Of a DNA stretch of 64,000 bases, positions 12,386 through 24,686 are shown in pieces. The translations under genes were made by a program, and so were the position numbers. The DNA comes from Lobosporangium transversale (lineage: Eukaryota): NCBI RefSeq assembly GCF_002105155.1, contig NW_019029006.1:248001-312000 (forward strand). Direction: 5' to 3'. The notes beneath the pieces are model-generated. The model searched no databases, was not told the DNA's origin, and saw only the letters and a program-made list of their open reading frames with translations. Within the stretch, counting starts at the first letter, position 1; each line of letters opens with the position of its first letter.

Positions 12386-13622
12386 TTAAGCCTGCTTGCG
12401 GCGGAAAGAGCAGCCTAAATATTATAGCATAACAAAAAAAGTTAGAACATCGATTTGCTCAAGCGTGAGCTCCTGATATGATAACAACAGTCATTATCCG
12501 CCCTTTGAAAAGAATTTATGCCTCAACTTACCCTCAGTCAAACGAGTGATACCTCCAGTGGGTTGAGCGAGAACGTTGGCGCAGCTCGAGCACATGACAA
12601 CGGTTTGAGCATGCGAGAAGACAGTAGTGATCTGGACACATCCCTGTAAAACGCATAACAACAAAAATGGTAATCAAAAGAGTAAGATTCGAACGTCAAT
12701 ATTTGCATGTTGAGAACAGTGCGCTGAATCCGACTCCTGAACTGTAACGTAAATAAAAAAAAGACGACCAAAATTCCGCAGTAGCTCCTAAAACTTCCAA
12801 AATTTATTAAGCATCCTTTTTCTGCCTCCATGTTCTTTGTTGGAATATCTGAAGGCGGAAAAAAAAATCCTTCGGAGTGTTGTGACATTGTCGATCCCAG
12901 GAAAACGAATAATAAATCCCTTCAATAAAAAAAGGGGATTCTTCCCAAAGGTCAGTGTTTTTTCCAGTTGGACTCCATGCTGCTACACTTACAGGGCACT
13001 TGACGTCCATGAAGTAAGAGTTGGGAGACTGCACGAGTCTCTTCAACTTGTGGGTCTTTTGCTCATGAGCGTGGGAGGGATTCAAGAGATCAACAGCCAA
13101 CTAATGACAAAAATCAGATGCGGGTGGGAGATTGATGTTAGTTCTGCTGTCCTATAAAAATCTTGAAGCCCTACCAGGGTTTATTTCTTCCAGTAAATAG
13201 TTGATGTAGTCCTATAAATCTGATGCAAACTCAGCGCCTCGATAAAACATTCATCGTAAAAGAAAAAGCCGAATCTCCGCTTCTGCCCTCCTGAGCGAAA
13301 TATAATATCAACTTGGCTGCTCTTTCGGATTGATTACGATCCCTTTCGGTGATAAAAGTCTGTAAATCCGAATACTTCCACTTATTAGATCCAACATGCC
13401 CACATGCCTTTCACCAATAATACGTTTATTGACATCCTGAATTTCTATTATCCCTTCAGCCTTTGTTTGATGGTGCGCCTCCAATGTCGATTCACTACTA
13501 TTTGTTTGTCACCTCCATTCCTTGATACATATTCTATCTGATGGATGTATAGAGGACTGCTCCTTGTATCCATTGCTCTACATAAACGGATGTACTCTTC
13601 AACCATTGATGTCACGTGCCAT
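12386..13622 (-). CDS. RPS27: 40S ribosomal protein S27 (eS27)
   Basis: Exons 13100-12993, 12643-12532 and 12414-12386 give [82 protein letters not shown]. The ATG is most likely at 13622-13620 (CAAAATG|gcacgt). A probable non-coding first exon ends at 14401. Confidence 0.95.
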
Positions 13623-14400
13623 TTTGCTTATTTAATTGAGGAAAAAGGAAAGAAAAAATGATACACGAATTGAGTGTGGCAAAATACTCTCCAATTTCCA
13701 AAGACAAAGCCACTTCATGCAATGCGAAGTTACATGTACAACAAAGGCTACCCACAACATCAAACTGGAAATGCTCTATCGTAGTTGGAGTTAGCGCCTG
13801 CACTGATGCCTCTTGTGTTGGAATCCGTGCTTGGGACGTGGAGGTTAATAGACGAGTCCCTGATCAGGTATTTGGTTGAAGTTGTAAACTAGACTATGCT
13901 ATTGAAGCTACAGATTGGGGGCGTCTTCTTCTTAATGCTATGTAATATGGGCTGTACATGTAGAGAATTCCTGATATGGACAGAAGGAGGGCCCTCATAA
14001 TTGTTCGCCCTACTATAGAGGCTGGCCTCGTCGCCAGGAGCCATGTCGTAGGTCGTATTTAATAATGTTCTTTGATTCTCAGTGGTTGCGGCAGCTTAAT
14101 TCGAAGCGACATGGCTTAGAAAGGGCAGTATGCCTTTGCAAGAAGTTGCAGATGGGGTTGAAGTAAGATATGGGCTAGAATTAAGCACCTAGTAGGGGAA
14201 GTGGCTGGACAAGTGGAAGTGAGTCGCTCTTTTTTGTAGGAATCCATCTTAACACTCATGGGATAGACAGTGCTCTTAGCCTAGTTCTGAACGAGTCTAT
14301 AATCTAGTTGACCTCTTATGGCCATTCATAGATAATTCTTTCCAACCAGCTATAACTGGTTGACTTCAGAGCCTTGTCTGGCCCACCATCCATAGTTACC

Positions 14401-14500
14401 TTGTTGTCGTTTGTGTCTTTGTAACCGTCAAAGAACGTCAAAGTGTTGGAATAACCCTTGAAGGCATTGATGACTTGATGCGCACTGCTCTATATAGTGA
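14401..14500 (-). promoter_or_regulatory. Probable RPS27 promoter and non-coding first exon
   Basis: On the minus strand a TATATAG near 14496-14490 is followed by an A/C-rich leader ending ...acgacaacaag|gtaact, a splice donor at 14400. Confidence 0.45.
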
Positions 14501-17430
14501 TTTCGTACCCAGGGTCTCCTGATTAGGTACAGTTGGACCGAACAATGGATAGATACTAGCATTCTTGAATGTTTTCATAAATTTGTTGTTGTTCAGAGTT
14601 GGACAAGCCTTAGAGATTATTATGGTGATAACTAGGAAATCATTGCTTTGATTACTATGTACTCATTTGTAGCTTTAATACTCATGCTCATTGTGGCTGG
14701 CTTCCTACCTGATAAACGCGGATAGTGTTCAATTCAAGGCCCATGAGAATTGCGTCGCGTTTACAGTCCGCTGGTTTCAGTAAAGGACCTATGGATCCTA
14801 CAAAGCTGGTAGACTACACCCCCTGATATAGAGCTGATCTTTGCGATAATGGCAGAGAGCTTTGTATCTTGATAGCTGTGCGATCCAGAGCCAGGCAGAA
14901 GCAAGGTAACGCGCTTCAGTCGGCCTTTGCTCTATTAATATCGCAAGACGAAGCATACTGCACCATGATGATTTTGCTCGTAAATGAAATTATTTCAATT
15001 TTGTGGTTGTCTAAATCGACTTAAGGATAAAAATAGTCTATTTCATAACAAATATTGTTTGACGCGTGGACGACGGAAAAAAATGCTAAGTATCAAGATG
15101 TGGGGACATCTAGGAAGGGCAAATTAGCGCCAGAGAATTCGTAGATCTATTTGATGTTTGCAAATGCATCCGGGTGATTAGAGAATGCGATAAGGGTACA
15201 TTGTTTTCAATATGACAGTAATAGACAGAGTCTGATCGTCAGTCTGGTTTTGTTCAAAGCATTAATGATACTGTATCTCGATCTAGTATTGTTAGTAAGG
15301 GTTAATTGGTAACATGGAAATATGAGAGGAGGTCAGTTTGGGCTTGCGCAGTCAAAATGCACCACCAATGAGAGCGCTTTCCCCATTTAACCAACAACAT
15401 GTGTACGGCAGGACTTAGAGTATTGGAGGTCACTCGACAGGTATGGCATCAAAATTTTTTTTGCAAGGTGGCGTCTCTTCATGAAATTCTGTAGGCATGA
15501 CGACTGGACTCCATGTGCCTCATTTTTGATGAAAAAAAAAAAAAAAAAAAAAAAACCATTGCTTTTTCTTTGCTGAAAGTATATACATATAAGGTGTACA
15601 GATGTTCAAATGTGTTCTGATTTTCGATTTTCTGTGGCAGACAGTCATGTGCAAATAGAACAGGCATGTTCATAATTAATTTTTAATAATCAGTTGTAAA
15701 CAATTAAGGACAGCAAATAGGAATCTTGGGAAGTGCCCTGATCTGCACAACAAGAGAGCACACGGGGATTCCCTTTTACGCCCATACACAGCAAAGCAAA
15801 CAGCCAATAAAAAACACAAGATACCAACAGCTGTTGATTCGCTTGGCATTTACTAGGCACAAGACACCAGCCGTATATTGATTAGCTGCTAACCTTTTCT
15901 CTCTTCACTACACCATTCATTGCTACGAGCAATCTGAGCAAGGAATGTACGTGGAAAACAACTAAAGATTGAGGGTAAGTGATGATTAAATGCGGAACGC
16001 AATACCACATCGCTTCAGCATTTATTACTTTTTTTTATACGCTATCAAAGAATCGATTATTGATTAGGGCTTCTAGAGGGACCAAATCAACTGGTGGCAA
16101 GAGTTACAGGCCCAAGGTATTAGGAGCTAGACGAAATTCGCAACAGTACAAGTCCTTTAAATATGCCAATCTATTAGGTGCCTACTATAGTCTTTTTATT
16201 CTTTGAGAAAAGTAAAATGCTGACAATTGATTCGAAAAGCGACAAGTCAATATGTCAACCTACTTAAAAAAAGGGTACCAAGTTGTTTTCATCCATAAGT
16301 TAGACATATAATTTATACATGTACATGGAGCTTATCAAGTTGGTATATACATTTTTACCTTGTTCAACAAATGTGGACTTCCGAAATGCCCATCTGTTTC
16401 TCAAGGACTAACATAGATGTTTCTTAAAGAGCGGAAGCAAACTGGTCACGAGTGATAAATGTGAATGAATTTATTAAGTTTTGATAATTTAATCAGTTCA
16501 AGATGGCTTTGTCTTGTTGCTCGGTTGTTCGGATTACTTGGAGAATGTGTATTTTTTTTTGGGGGCGTTCAAAAGGAAAGACAAGAAGATATCCAAGTGG
16601 GCCTAAACAACTAATCGTTTATAATTAGGCGGCGTTTTCTGTGTTTCTCATGATGTTTAAGCTTATTTTTTATCTTATCCCCTGACCCTGACAAACCTCT
16701 ACCGGACAATAGATGTTCAATATTTATTCATACATCATCATATTCAACAGCTTTTTTCTCATCCTTAACACGTTTTTCTTCTCTTTCAAATCTTTCTTCA
16801 GCCATTCCACTTTACCTACTAGCGCCGGCGATTTGCAATTCCTCCCTTTCCCCCTTCCCTTCATCCAGTTAATGTTATTCCTTACTCTTTGTTATTCTTA
16901 ACCAGCGCTTAGCTCGTTTGCATCTCTTTTTCGCTTCTCTTCATCCTCAGATCTACCTTCCTCACGAGCCCCTCTTTACTATTCTGTATGCGCTATTATT
17001 GCTTCCACACTTTATCATCTGGTACTACGCTCACGCTGTCATTTTATTCGTAATTTAGTTTACCCATCAAGTATTGACAATAGCCTTGCACACATACGCC
17101 GCCGCGCTTAGCATTTATCAAAATAATATCCGTACCCCTGGGGCCCCCTCAATACGCTCCATCGTCTTGTATAGCGGCACAACAGCCTAAGCAATTTGAA
17201 AGGTATGTAGACGATGTAGACGTCATTTCTCTGTTCAACGGAAAGATCTATTAAATTTATTGAGCCGTTCGTAGGTCACTGATGTCAGGCATGATGATAA
17301 GTTTTTTTTTTTTGTTTTTTTTTTCCTGACCTTATCCTGTCACCCAAAATTGCTCGTACCTCCTTTTTTTCTCAACAGGAACACAGTGTCTTAAAAGGCA
17401 ACCATAAATACCCTAAAGCTTCCATCGGCT

Positions 17431-20400
17431 ATGGATCCAACTGAGAGAAGCCCTCCACCAGCCACAATAAAGCAAGATGGTCTCCAACCTGGTGGCTCCT
17501 CTTCACAGACATATCAATCGCACGCGCGACCCCAGCCTCAGCAACCTCAGCATTCACTCCACCCACCTGGTCAGCCTGGCCAGTGGACTAATGCAAGCCA
17601 TGCTTTTCCACAAAACCAGTTAAGGAATAATCTTAATCCATCCAACTCATGCCCCCTCCGTGAGTCGCTACAGCAGCAACCCCCGCTCGGTGCAGGCACA
17701 GAGCGTTTCCACTCCAATCAATTCAACAGCCACGAGTCTGGAATAAACCTTAACGTACCAGATTCAGAAGACGAAAGTCCGTACTCGCATCATGGTATAC
17801 CCAACTACCGGGACACAATATATTTATCCTCTTCACAGAACTCGCTTTTCCACCATGCTGACTCAGGAACAAGCAATGGTGAGTTTTTTTTTTGTATTTT
17901 TTTTTATTCTGACGTATGAGAGGAGCAATCTTCTATTACAAGAGTTCCTCTTTTTTTTTCCTGTGTGTTCTTCTGTGATCTTATTGGCTATTGATAATTG
18001 AACTTTTTTTTTTTCCATGCATACATTGTGGCGGCACATAAAATTATTTTCATCTTAATGCTATCATACCTCAATCATTTACATCATAGAAAAGCGCTGC
18101 CTAACTCATTATCTATTATTCTTTAATCTTTGTGGATGCTGTAGAGCACATACGAGCCCGTCCCTTCGTCAATACCAGCAAAAACAACAGCAGAGACCCA
18201 ATTGTTGGCAAGGGTAGGACACGCATAGGCGGGCCTCTAGAATCAGATTCAGAAACATTCAGTAATTCACCTTCAAATGCTGTCCAATCACCTAATTCAG
18301 GTGCTATGGTAGGAAATGACATTGATCTCTTTGGGCCTTTCAGAGGACCAGATGACGGTCGCTATACGGGATATTCGCCTTCCTCTGACGCATTACTTTC
18401 ACTCTTTGAGCATAAAAAAAGCCCTCTGATAAGTGAACAATACCACTACGACGATTCTCCCATCAGCAACAATGTCTATGTAAACTCACAACATCTGCCA
18501 CCCGACCCATATCCTTCTTGGACGGTCGAGAAGGGCGCTCCACTAACGCAAGAGGAAATTGATGGCATCATGGTCGACCTCACACGGAAATTTGGATTTC
18601 AGAGAGATAACATGCGCAACCAATCAGAAGCCTTCTTGACCATGCTGGACTCCAGAGCATCCCGAATGTCCCCTACTTTGGCGTTAACAACTATTCATGC
18701 CGATTATATTGGAGGAGAGAACGCCAATTACCGTAAATGGTATTTTGCTGCACAACTGGACTTGGATGATTACATGGGTTATCATTCAGCGCCCGGCAAG
18801 AATAAGAAGATCGATTGCAGCTCGATGGTGCCACAACCTGATGCCGCCCATGTTGAAACCCACGATTCCCTAGCGATGGCGGAGCAGCAATGGAAAGCAC
18901 GTATGAGTCGTATGTCTCATTTTGATCGCGCACGCCAGGTGGCACTCTACCTCCTTCTCTGGGGAGAAGCGTCCCAAATCCGATTTCTGCCCGAATGTCT
19001 GTGCTTCATCTACAAATGTGCTGAGGATTTTTATTTGTCACCTGAATGCCAACAGATGATTAATCCTGTTCCAGAGGGCTACTTCCTTCGTACCATTGTG
19101 TCGCCGCTTTATCGTTTCATCCGTGACCAGGGTTATGAGGTGCAAGGAGGGAAGTATGTGAAGCGAGAGCGTGATCACAGCACAGTAATCGGCTACGATG
19201 ATATCAATCAAGCATTCTGGAGCCCTGAAGGTATCGAGCGTATCCGGCTACGGGACAGCAAGCGCCTCGTGGATATTCATATCACCAAGCGGTGGAATGC
19301 ACTAAACCAAGTTGACTGGGAGTCATCATTTAGGAAAACATATAGTGAGAAGAGGACATGGCTTCATTTGGCAGTCAATTTTACACGTATCTGGATCATC
19401 CACCTCGTCGCGTACTGGTACTTCACTGCCTATAATGCCCCCTTCCTGTATATGGCTGAAGACGCAGACGAACCCGCAGTTCGGTGGACGATTGTTGCGC
19501 TGGGTGGGGCTATTGCAGCATTAATCATGCTTTTAGGGGTCTTCTGTGAGTTTATGTTCATCCCCCTCACTTGGTATAACTCGGCGATGCTAATTCAGCG
19601 GCTCATATTGCTCATCCTCGTCTTACTCTTAAATGCGGCGCCCGCGGTCTATATCTGTTTTTTTAATCGCAGGGGTAGTGTTGCTGAGATTGTTGGCATC
19701 ATACACTTTGCAGTGTCATTGATCACGACTCTTGTTTTTGCAATTGTTCCATCCAATCGGCTCTTTGGCAGCTCCTCCAAGTCATCCCGAAGAAACTTAG
19801 CATCTCAAGCGTTCACTGCGTCGTATCCAAAACTCAAAGGCTCTGATCGTGCGCTCTCCATCATCCTCTGGTGCCTTATCTTCGGCTGCAAGCTAGCAGA
19901 GTCATATTTTTTCCTTGCTCGCTCCTTCAAGGACCCTTTGAAAGCCCTATATGCAGAGCGTATTCCCAATTGCCAAGATAAATACTTGGGAGGAGCACTG
20001 TGCTCCATCATGCCTGCCTTCACTGTGGCTATAATGTTCGCGGTAGATCTAGTGCTCTTTTTCCTCGATACCTATCTCTGGTATGTTATCTGGAATACTA
20101 TCTTTTCTGTCTCCCTATCCTTCAAGCTCGGTGTTTCGGTTTGGACTCCGTGGCGCAACACATTCTCTCGCTTGCCAAAGCGTATCTATGCTAAAATACT
20201 CGCTACCGCAGACATGGATATCAAATACAAGCCCAAGACTCTTTGCTCACAGGTCTGGAACGCCATTATCATCTCTATGTACCGTGAGCATCTGTTGTCT
20301 ATCGAGCATGTCCAGCGCCTGCTCTACCAGCAAGTTCCGTCAGAAAATGGAAATAAGACGATACTCAGGACGCCGATGTTTTTTGCAGCTCAAGAAGACT

Positions 20401-23400
20401 CGTCGATCAAAGCTGAGTTCTACCCACATTGTTCGGAAGCTGAGCGTCGTATCAACTTTTTCGCTCACTCCCTGTCGACGGCTATTCCTGAGCCTCTTCC
20501 CGTCGAAGAGATGCCCACATTTACAGTCCTAGTTCCTCATTATTCCGAGAAGACCCTTCTCTCGCTTAAAGAGATTATTAGGGAAGAAGATCAGCATACA
20601 CGTGTGACACTTCTAGAATACCTTAAACAGTTACATCCTGTTGAGTGGGATAACTTTGTGAGAGATACTAAGATTCTAGTTGAGGAGTCGTCCATGTATA
20701 ACGCTGCTAGTAGTCTCGGGCTGTCTGGCACTGAAGGCGATAAAGAAAACCACCATGATATGCAAAAGCCCAACAACAACAACGACGACCTACCATTTTA
20801 TAGTATTGGGTTCAAGTCTGCCACGCCCGAGTTCACTTTTCGCACTCGAATTTGGGCATCACTTCGTGCACAAACCCTGTACCGTACGGTTTCTGGGTTT
20901 ATGAACTATTCAAAGGCGATCAAGCTTCTTTACCGTATCGAGAACCCTGAAATTGTACAGCAATTCGGTGGTAATGGTGATCGCTTGGAGCGCGAACTTG
21001 AGAAGCTCTCTCAGCAAAAATTCAAGTTTATTGTTTCAATGCAACGATATACCAAATTCAGCAAAGAGGAAGCTGAGAACGCTGAATTCCTGCTTCAGAC
21101 TTATCCCCAGTTACAGATCGCATACCTTGATGAACGTCCATCTGAGGTTGAGGGAGAAGAGCCTATTGTGTACTCTGTGTTGATTGATGGGAAGTGCGAG
21201 CTCATGCCTGACGGTAAACGCAAGCCACGCTTCCGACTAAGACTTCCAGGCAATCCTATTCTAGGCGATGGAAAATCTGACAATCAAAACCACGCCATCA
21301 TTTTCGCACGCGGTGAATACATTCAGTTGGTCGATGCCAATCAAGACAACTATTTGGAAGAGGCTCTCAAGATCCGCAGCGTCTTAGGAGAGTTTGAGCA
21401 GATGCATATGCCAGAAGTTTCACCATACTCGCCGCAGGTCACATCGAAAGATATCCCTGAGCCTGTCGCGATCGTTGGTGCTCGTGAATACATTTTTTCG
21501 GAGAATATTGGCGTCCTCGGGGATGTTGCTGCTGGAAAGGAGCAGACTTTTGGGACCTTGACTCAGCGTATGATGGCTAAAATTGGTGGGAAGCTTCACT
21601 ACGGTCATCCTGATTTCTTGAACTTTATCTTCATGACGACTCGCGGAGGTATGAAGAAAGAAAAAAATCCCGAATGTAAAATATGTTGTTTGTATTTGTC
21701 TTCATTCTGTTCAACCAATCGATAATTAATAGAAAATAATGCTATTTATTAGGCGTTAGTAAGGCACAGAAGGGCCTTCACCTGAACGAGGATATCTATG
21801 CTGGAATGACTGCATTCCAACGCGGTGGTAGGATCAAACATACCGAATACTACCAGTGCGGTAAAGGACGCGACCTTGGCTTTGGCTCAATTCTAAATTT
21901 TAACACTAAAATCGGCACGGGCATGGGAGAACAGATGTTGTCGCGTGAATACTATTACCTTGGAACACAATTACCTTTGGATCGTTTCCTGACATTCTAC
22001 TATGCACACCCTGGATTTCATATCAACAACATCTTTATCATGCTTGCTGTCCAGCTGTTTATGCTTTCGATGCTATTTGTTGGCTCCGTGTCATCGTCGG
22101 TTGAGGTTTGTGCTGACATTGCGCAGGCTGGGTGTGTCAACTTAGTGCCTGTATATGACTGGATCAAGCGCTGTGTCCTCTCGATCTTCATTATATTCTT
22201 TGTCGCATTTTTGCCCTTGTTCTTACAAGAGCTCATGGAGCGCGGCTTTACCAGAAGCTTAGTTCGGCTTGGCAAGCATTTCATGTCCTTTTCGCCCATG
22301 TTCGAGGTTTTCGTAACTCAAATATACGCAAACTCTATTCTGACCAACCTATCCTTCGGCGGTGCTCGTTACATCGCCACTGGCCGAGGTTTCGCAACAA
22401 CGAGAGCCCCGTTTTCGCTCTTGTATTCAAGGTTTGCTGGGCCTTCGCTCTACGTGGGGATGAGGCTTTTATTGATGCTGATCTTTGCATCGTTGACCAT
22501 GTGGGTCCCTCATTTATTGTACTTTTGGGTCTCAGTGTTGGCTCTCGTGATCTCGCCTTTCCTCTTTAATCCGCATCAGTTCTCTTTTACAGAATTCCTG
22601 CTGGACTACCGTGAGTTCCTGAGATGGCTATCGAGAGGGAACTCACGGACGCATGTATCATCCTGGATCTCGTATTGCCGCACCATGCGAACTCGTATCA
22701 CAGGATACAAACGTAAGCGCTTAGGTCACCCTTCAGAGAAATTTGGAGGCGACATCCCCAAAGCCAGGTTTGGGGTCATTCTTGTTTCTGAAATTATCCT
22801 TCCACTTGCCCAACTCGCCATTTGCGTGGTCTGCTATATGTTTGTCCGGTCATTCCCTGCTGGCGTCAATAGCAATGGAGGGGCTATTTACGTCAGTGGA
22901 CTACTTCGCGTTGCAGTCTTTGCCCTAGGCCCTGTTGTGGTCAACGCCACAGTCCTGGCAGGCCTCTTCTTCATCTCTCTTCTTCTGGGCCCCCTGGTAA
23001 ATATGTGTTGTATCAAGTTTGGAGCTGTGATGGCGGCTATAGCCCATGGCATCGCAGTCTTGACCTTGCTCGGCTCATTTGAGGCGCTTTGGGCGCTTGA
23101 GTCATGGAACGGATCGCATGCAGTCTTGGGCATCATCGCTGCCATTTCAGTTCAGCGCTTTGTGTTCAAAGTATTGATCACAATCTTCTTGACACGAGAG
23201 TTTAAGCATGATGAAACGAATCGGGCGTGGTGGACAGGTAAATGGCATGGCCGAGGATTGGGGACGCATGCTATATCTCAGCCGTTACGGGAGTATGTGT
23301 GCAAGATCATTGAAATGTCTATGTTCGCTTGCGACTTTATTATGGGTCACGTCATCCTCTTCTTACTATTTCCGATTTGTTTAATTCCCTGGATTGATCG

Positions 23401-23614
23401 ATGGCACTCTACCATGCTATTCTGGCTGCGCCCGAGCAAACAGATCCGCCCTCCGATCTTTTCTTCAAGGCTCCGAGCACAGCGTCGGGCTGTGTCGTGG
23501 ACGTATGGCGTACTCTTTATCTTGTTAATGGCCGTCTTCGTCATGTTGATTGTTACACCCTTGATGTTTCCTCAGTACATGCCCCAGGATATTGGACAAA
23601 CAATCCCCATTTGA
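17431..23614 (+). CDS. FKS1: 1,3-beta-glucan synthase catalytic subunit (FKS/GT48), 3 coding exons
   Basis: Exons are about 17431-17878, 18145-21648 and 21753-23614. Hallmark motifs: FGFQRDNMRNQ, ANYRKWYFAAQ, RIWASLRAQTLYRT, LPGNPILGDGKSDNQNH, LHYGHPD, GLHLNEDIYAG and YYQCGKGRDLGF, plus many TM segments. A 5'UTR intron lies at about 17203-17378. Confidence 0.97.
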
Positions 23615-24121
23615 AGCATATTAGAGTTGATTGTCAGTTTATTTTATTTTATTTTATTTTATTTTAATCTTTTTCCATTTCATTGCTTTATGTATCATAG
23701 CCCACCAAGTCATCAAATAATCCATACTTCTTCTACTTACTCACCTTTACTGCTCCTTAATAAACATCAATTTATGATTCCTATTCTTGTGCTCCATAAA
23801 TCAACACTACAGCCATCGAGCATATTGATGTATTCTCAACCCTCCATAAATCATTAACTCTTTGTGGCAATTTTATTTAAAACGATATTTAAAATGGGAG
23901 GCTTGAGAAGCACTGAGGCCTTCTTCTGTCGTGTATAGGTAAATGCAAACTAAAGAAAAAAAGGAATGAGTGAAGGAATGTGAAAGAAATATCATGAACA
24001 ATTGATGTGCTGACTAAATACAAAAAGATTATATGCAAGGGGAAAAGGAAAAAAGAGCCAGTCTTTTCTCATAAATTATGTGTAAAAAAAAAAAACATCA
24101 GGCTGATCCTTTTGTGATGTT

Positions 24122-24686
24122 TTACAGCTTTTTGACAGGAGGATTTTTGGGCCACTTGCCACTGCTAGGGCAACGGACGAATTCATAGGAGATATCGACT
24201 ACACCATCCTTGAGGGGGTGAGCCAGAGCCTTGAATGCAGTCGTAGTCAAGTCGACATGTTTGCTCTTGCAGCTACTGCAATCATCGATGACGCGTGCAA
24301 TGATCGAGCGCTTAGTCTTTTTGGATGTGACTTTGACGCATTGGAAGCATGCTTTTCGAAGTCCGCCATCATAGGCTGACATCTTGATTGCAGCAATATG
24401 CCAAGAATCTCGGGCATTCACATCTTGGTCCAAAAGCACACCATAGCAAGCAGCCTGGAAAGATAAATACGATAGAAATTTTAGTTTTCTAATTCAATGA
24501 TAATAACTTGTTTAAATTTTATGTGTTACAATTACTTACACCAGTAAGATGGCCACCATCAAACCAGGTGGCAATACCGCTCTGCTTTACTCCAGATCGG
24601 ACTGGGTATTTGGCTGCTTGAACAGTCGATACAAAAAGAGTAAAGACTAGGGCAAGGGTAGAGATGGTGAACTGAGCAAACTGCAT
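24122..24686 (-). CDS. Secreted RlpA-like double-psi beta-barrel (expansin/loosenin-like) protein, 2 exons
   Basis: Signal peptide MQFAQFTISTLALVFTLFVSTVQA, then SGIATWFDG...|AACYG..., ACFQCVKV, ARVIDDCSSCKSKHVDLTTTAFKALA and ISYEFVRC. These are typical DPBB motifs. Confidence 0.85.

Noticed and set aside
13800..14085. CTGAGA and ATACCTGATCAGG fragments reminiscent of a TPP riboswitch
   Set aside because: The spacing and the P4/P5 (TAATGC..GCG) elements are missing, and the host gene is unrelated to thiamine.
17284..17330. ATGATGA...CTGA with flanking GTCAGG/CCTGAC in the FKS 5'UTR intron, resembling a box C/D snoRNA
   Set aside because: It is too short, the interior is only poly(T) with no guide sequence, and CTGAC is better explained as the intron branch point.
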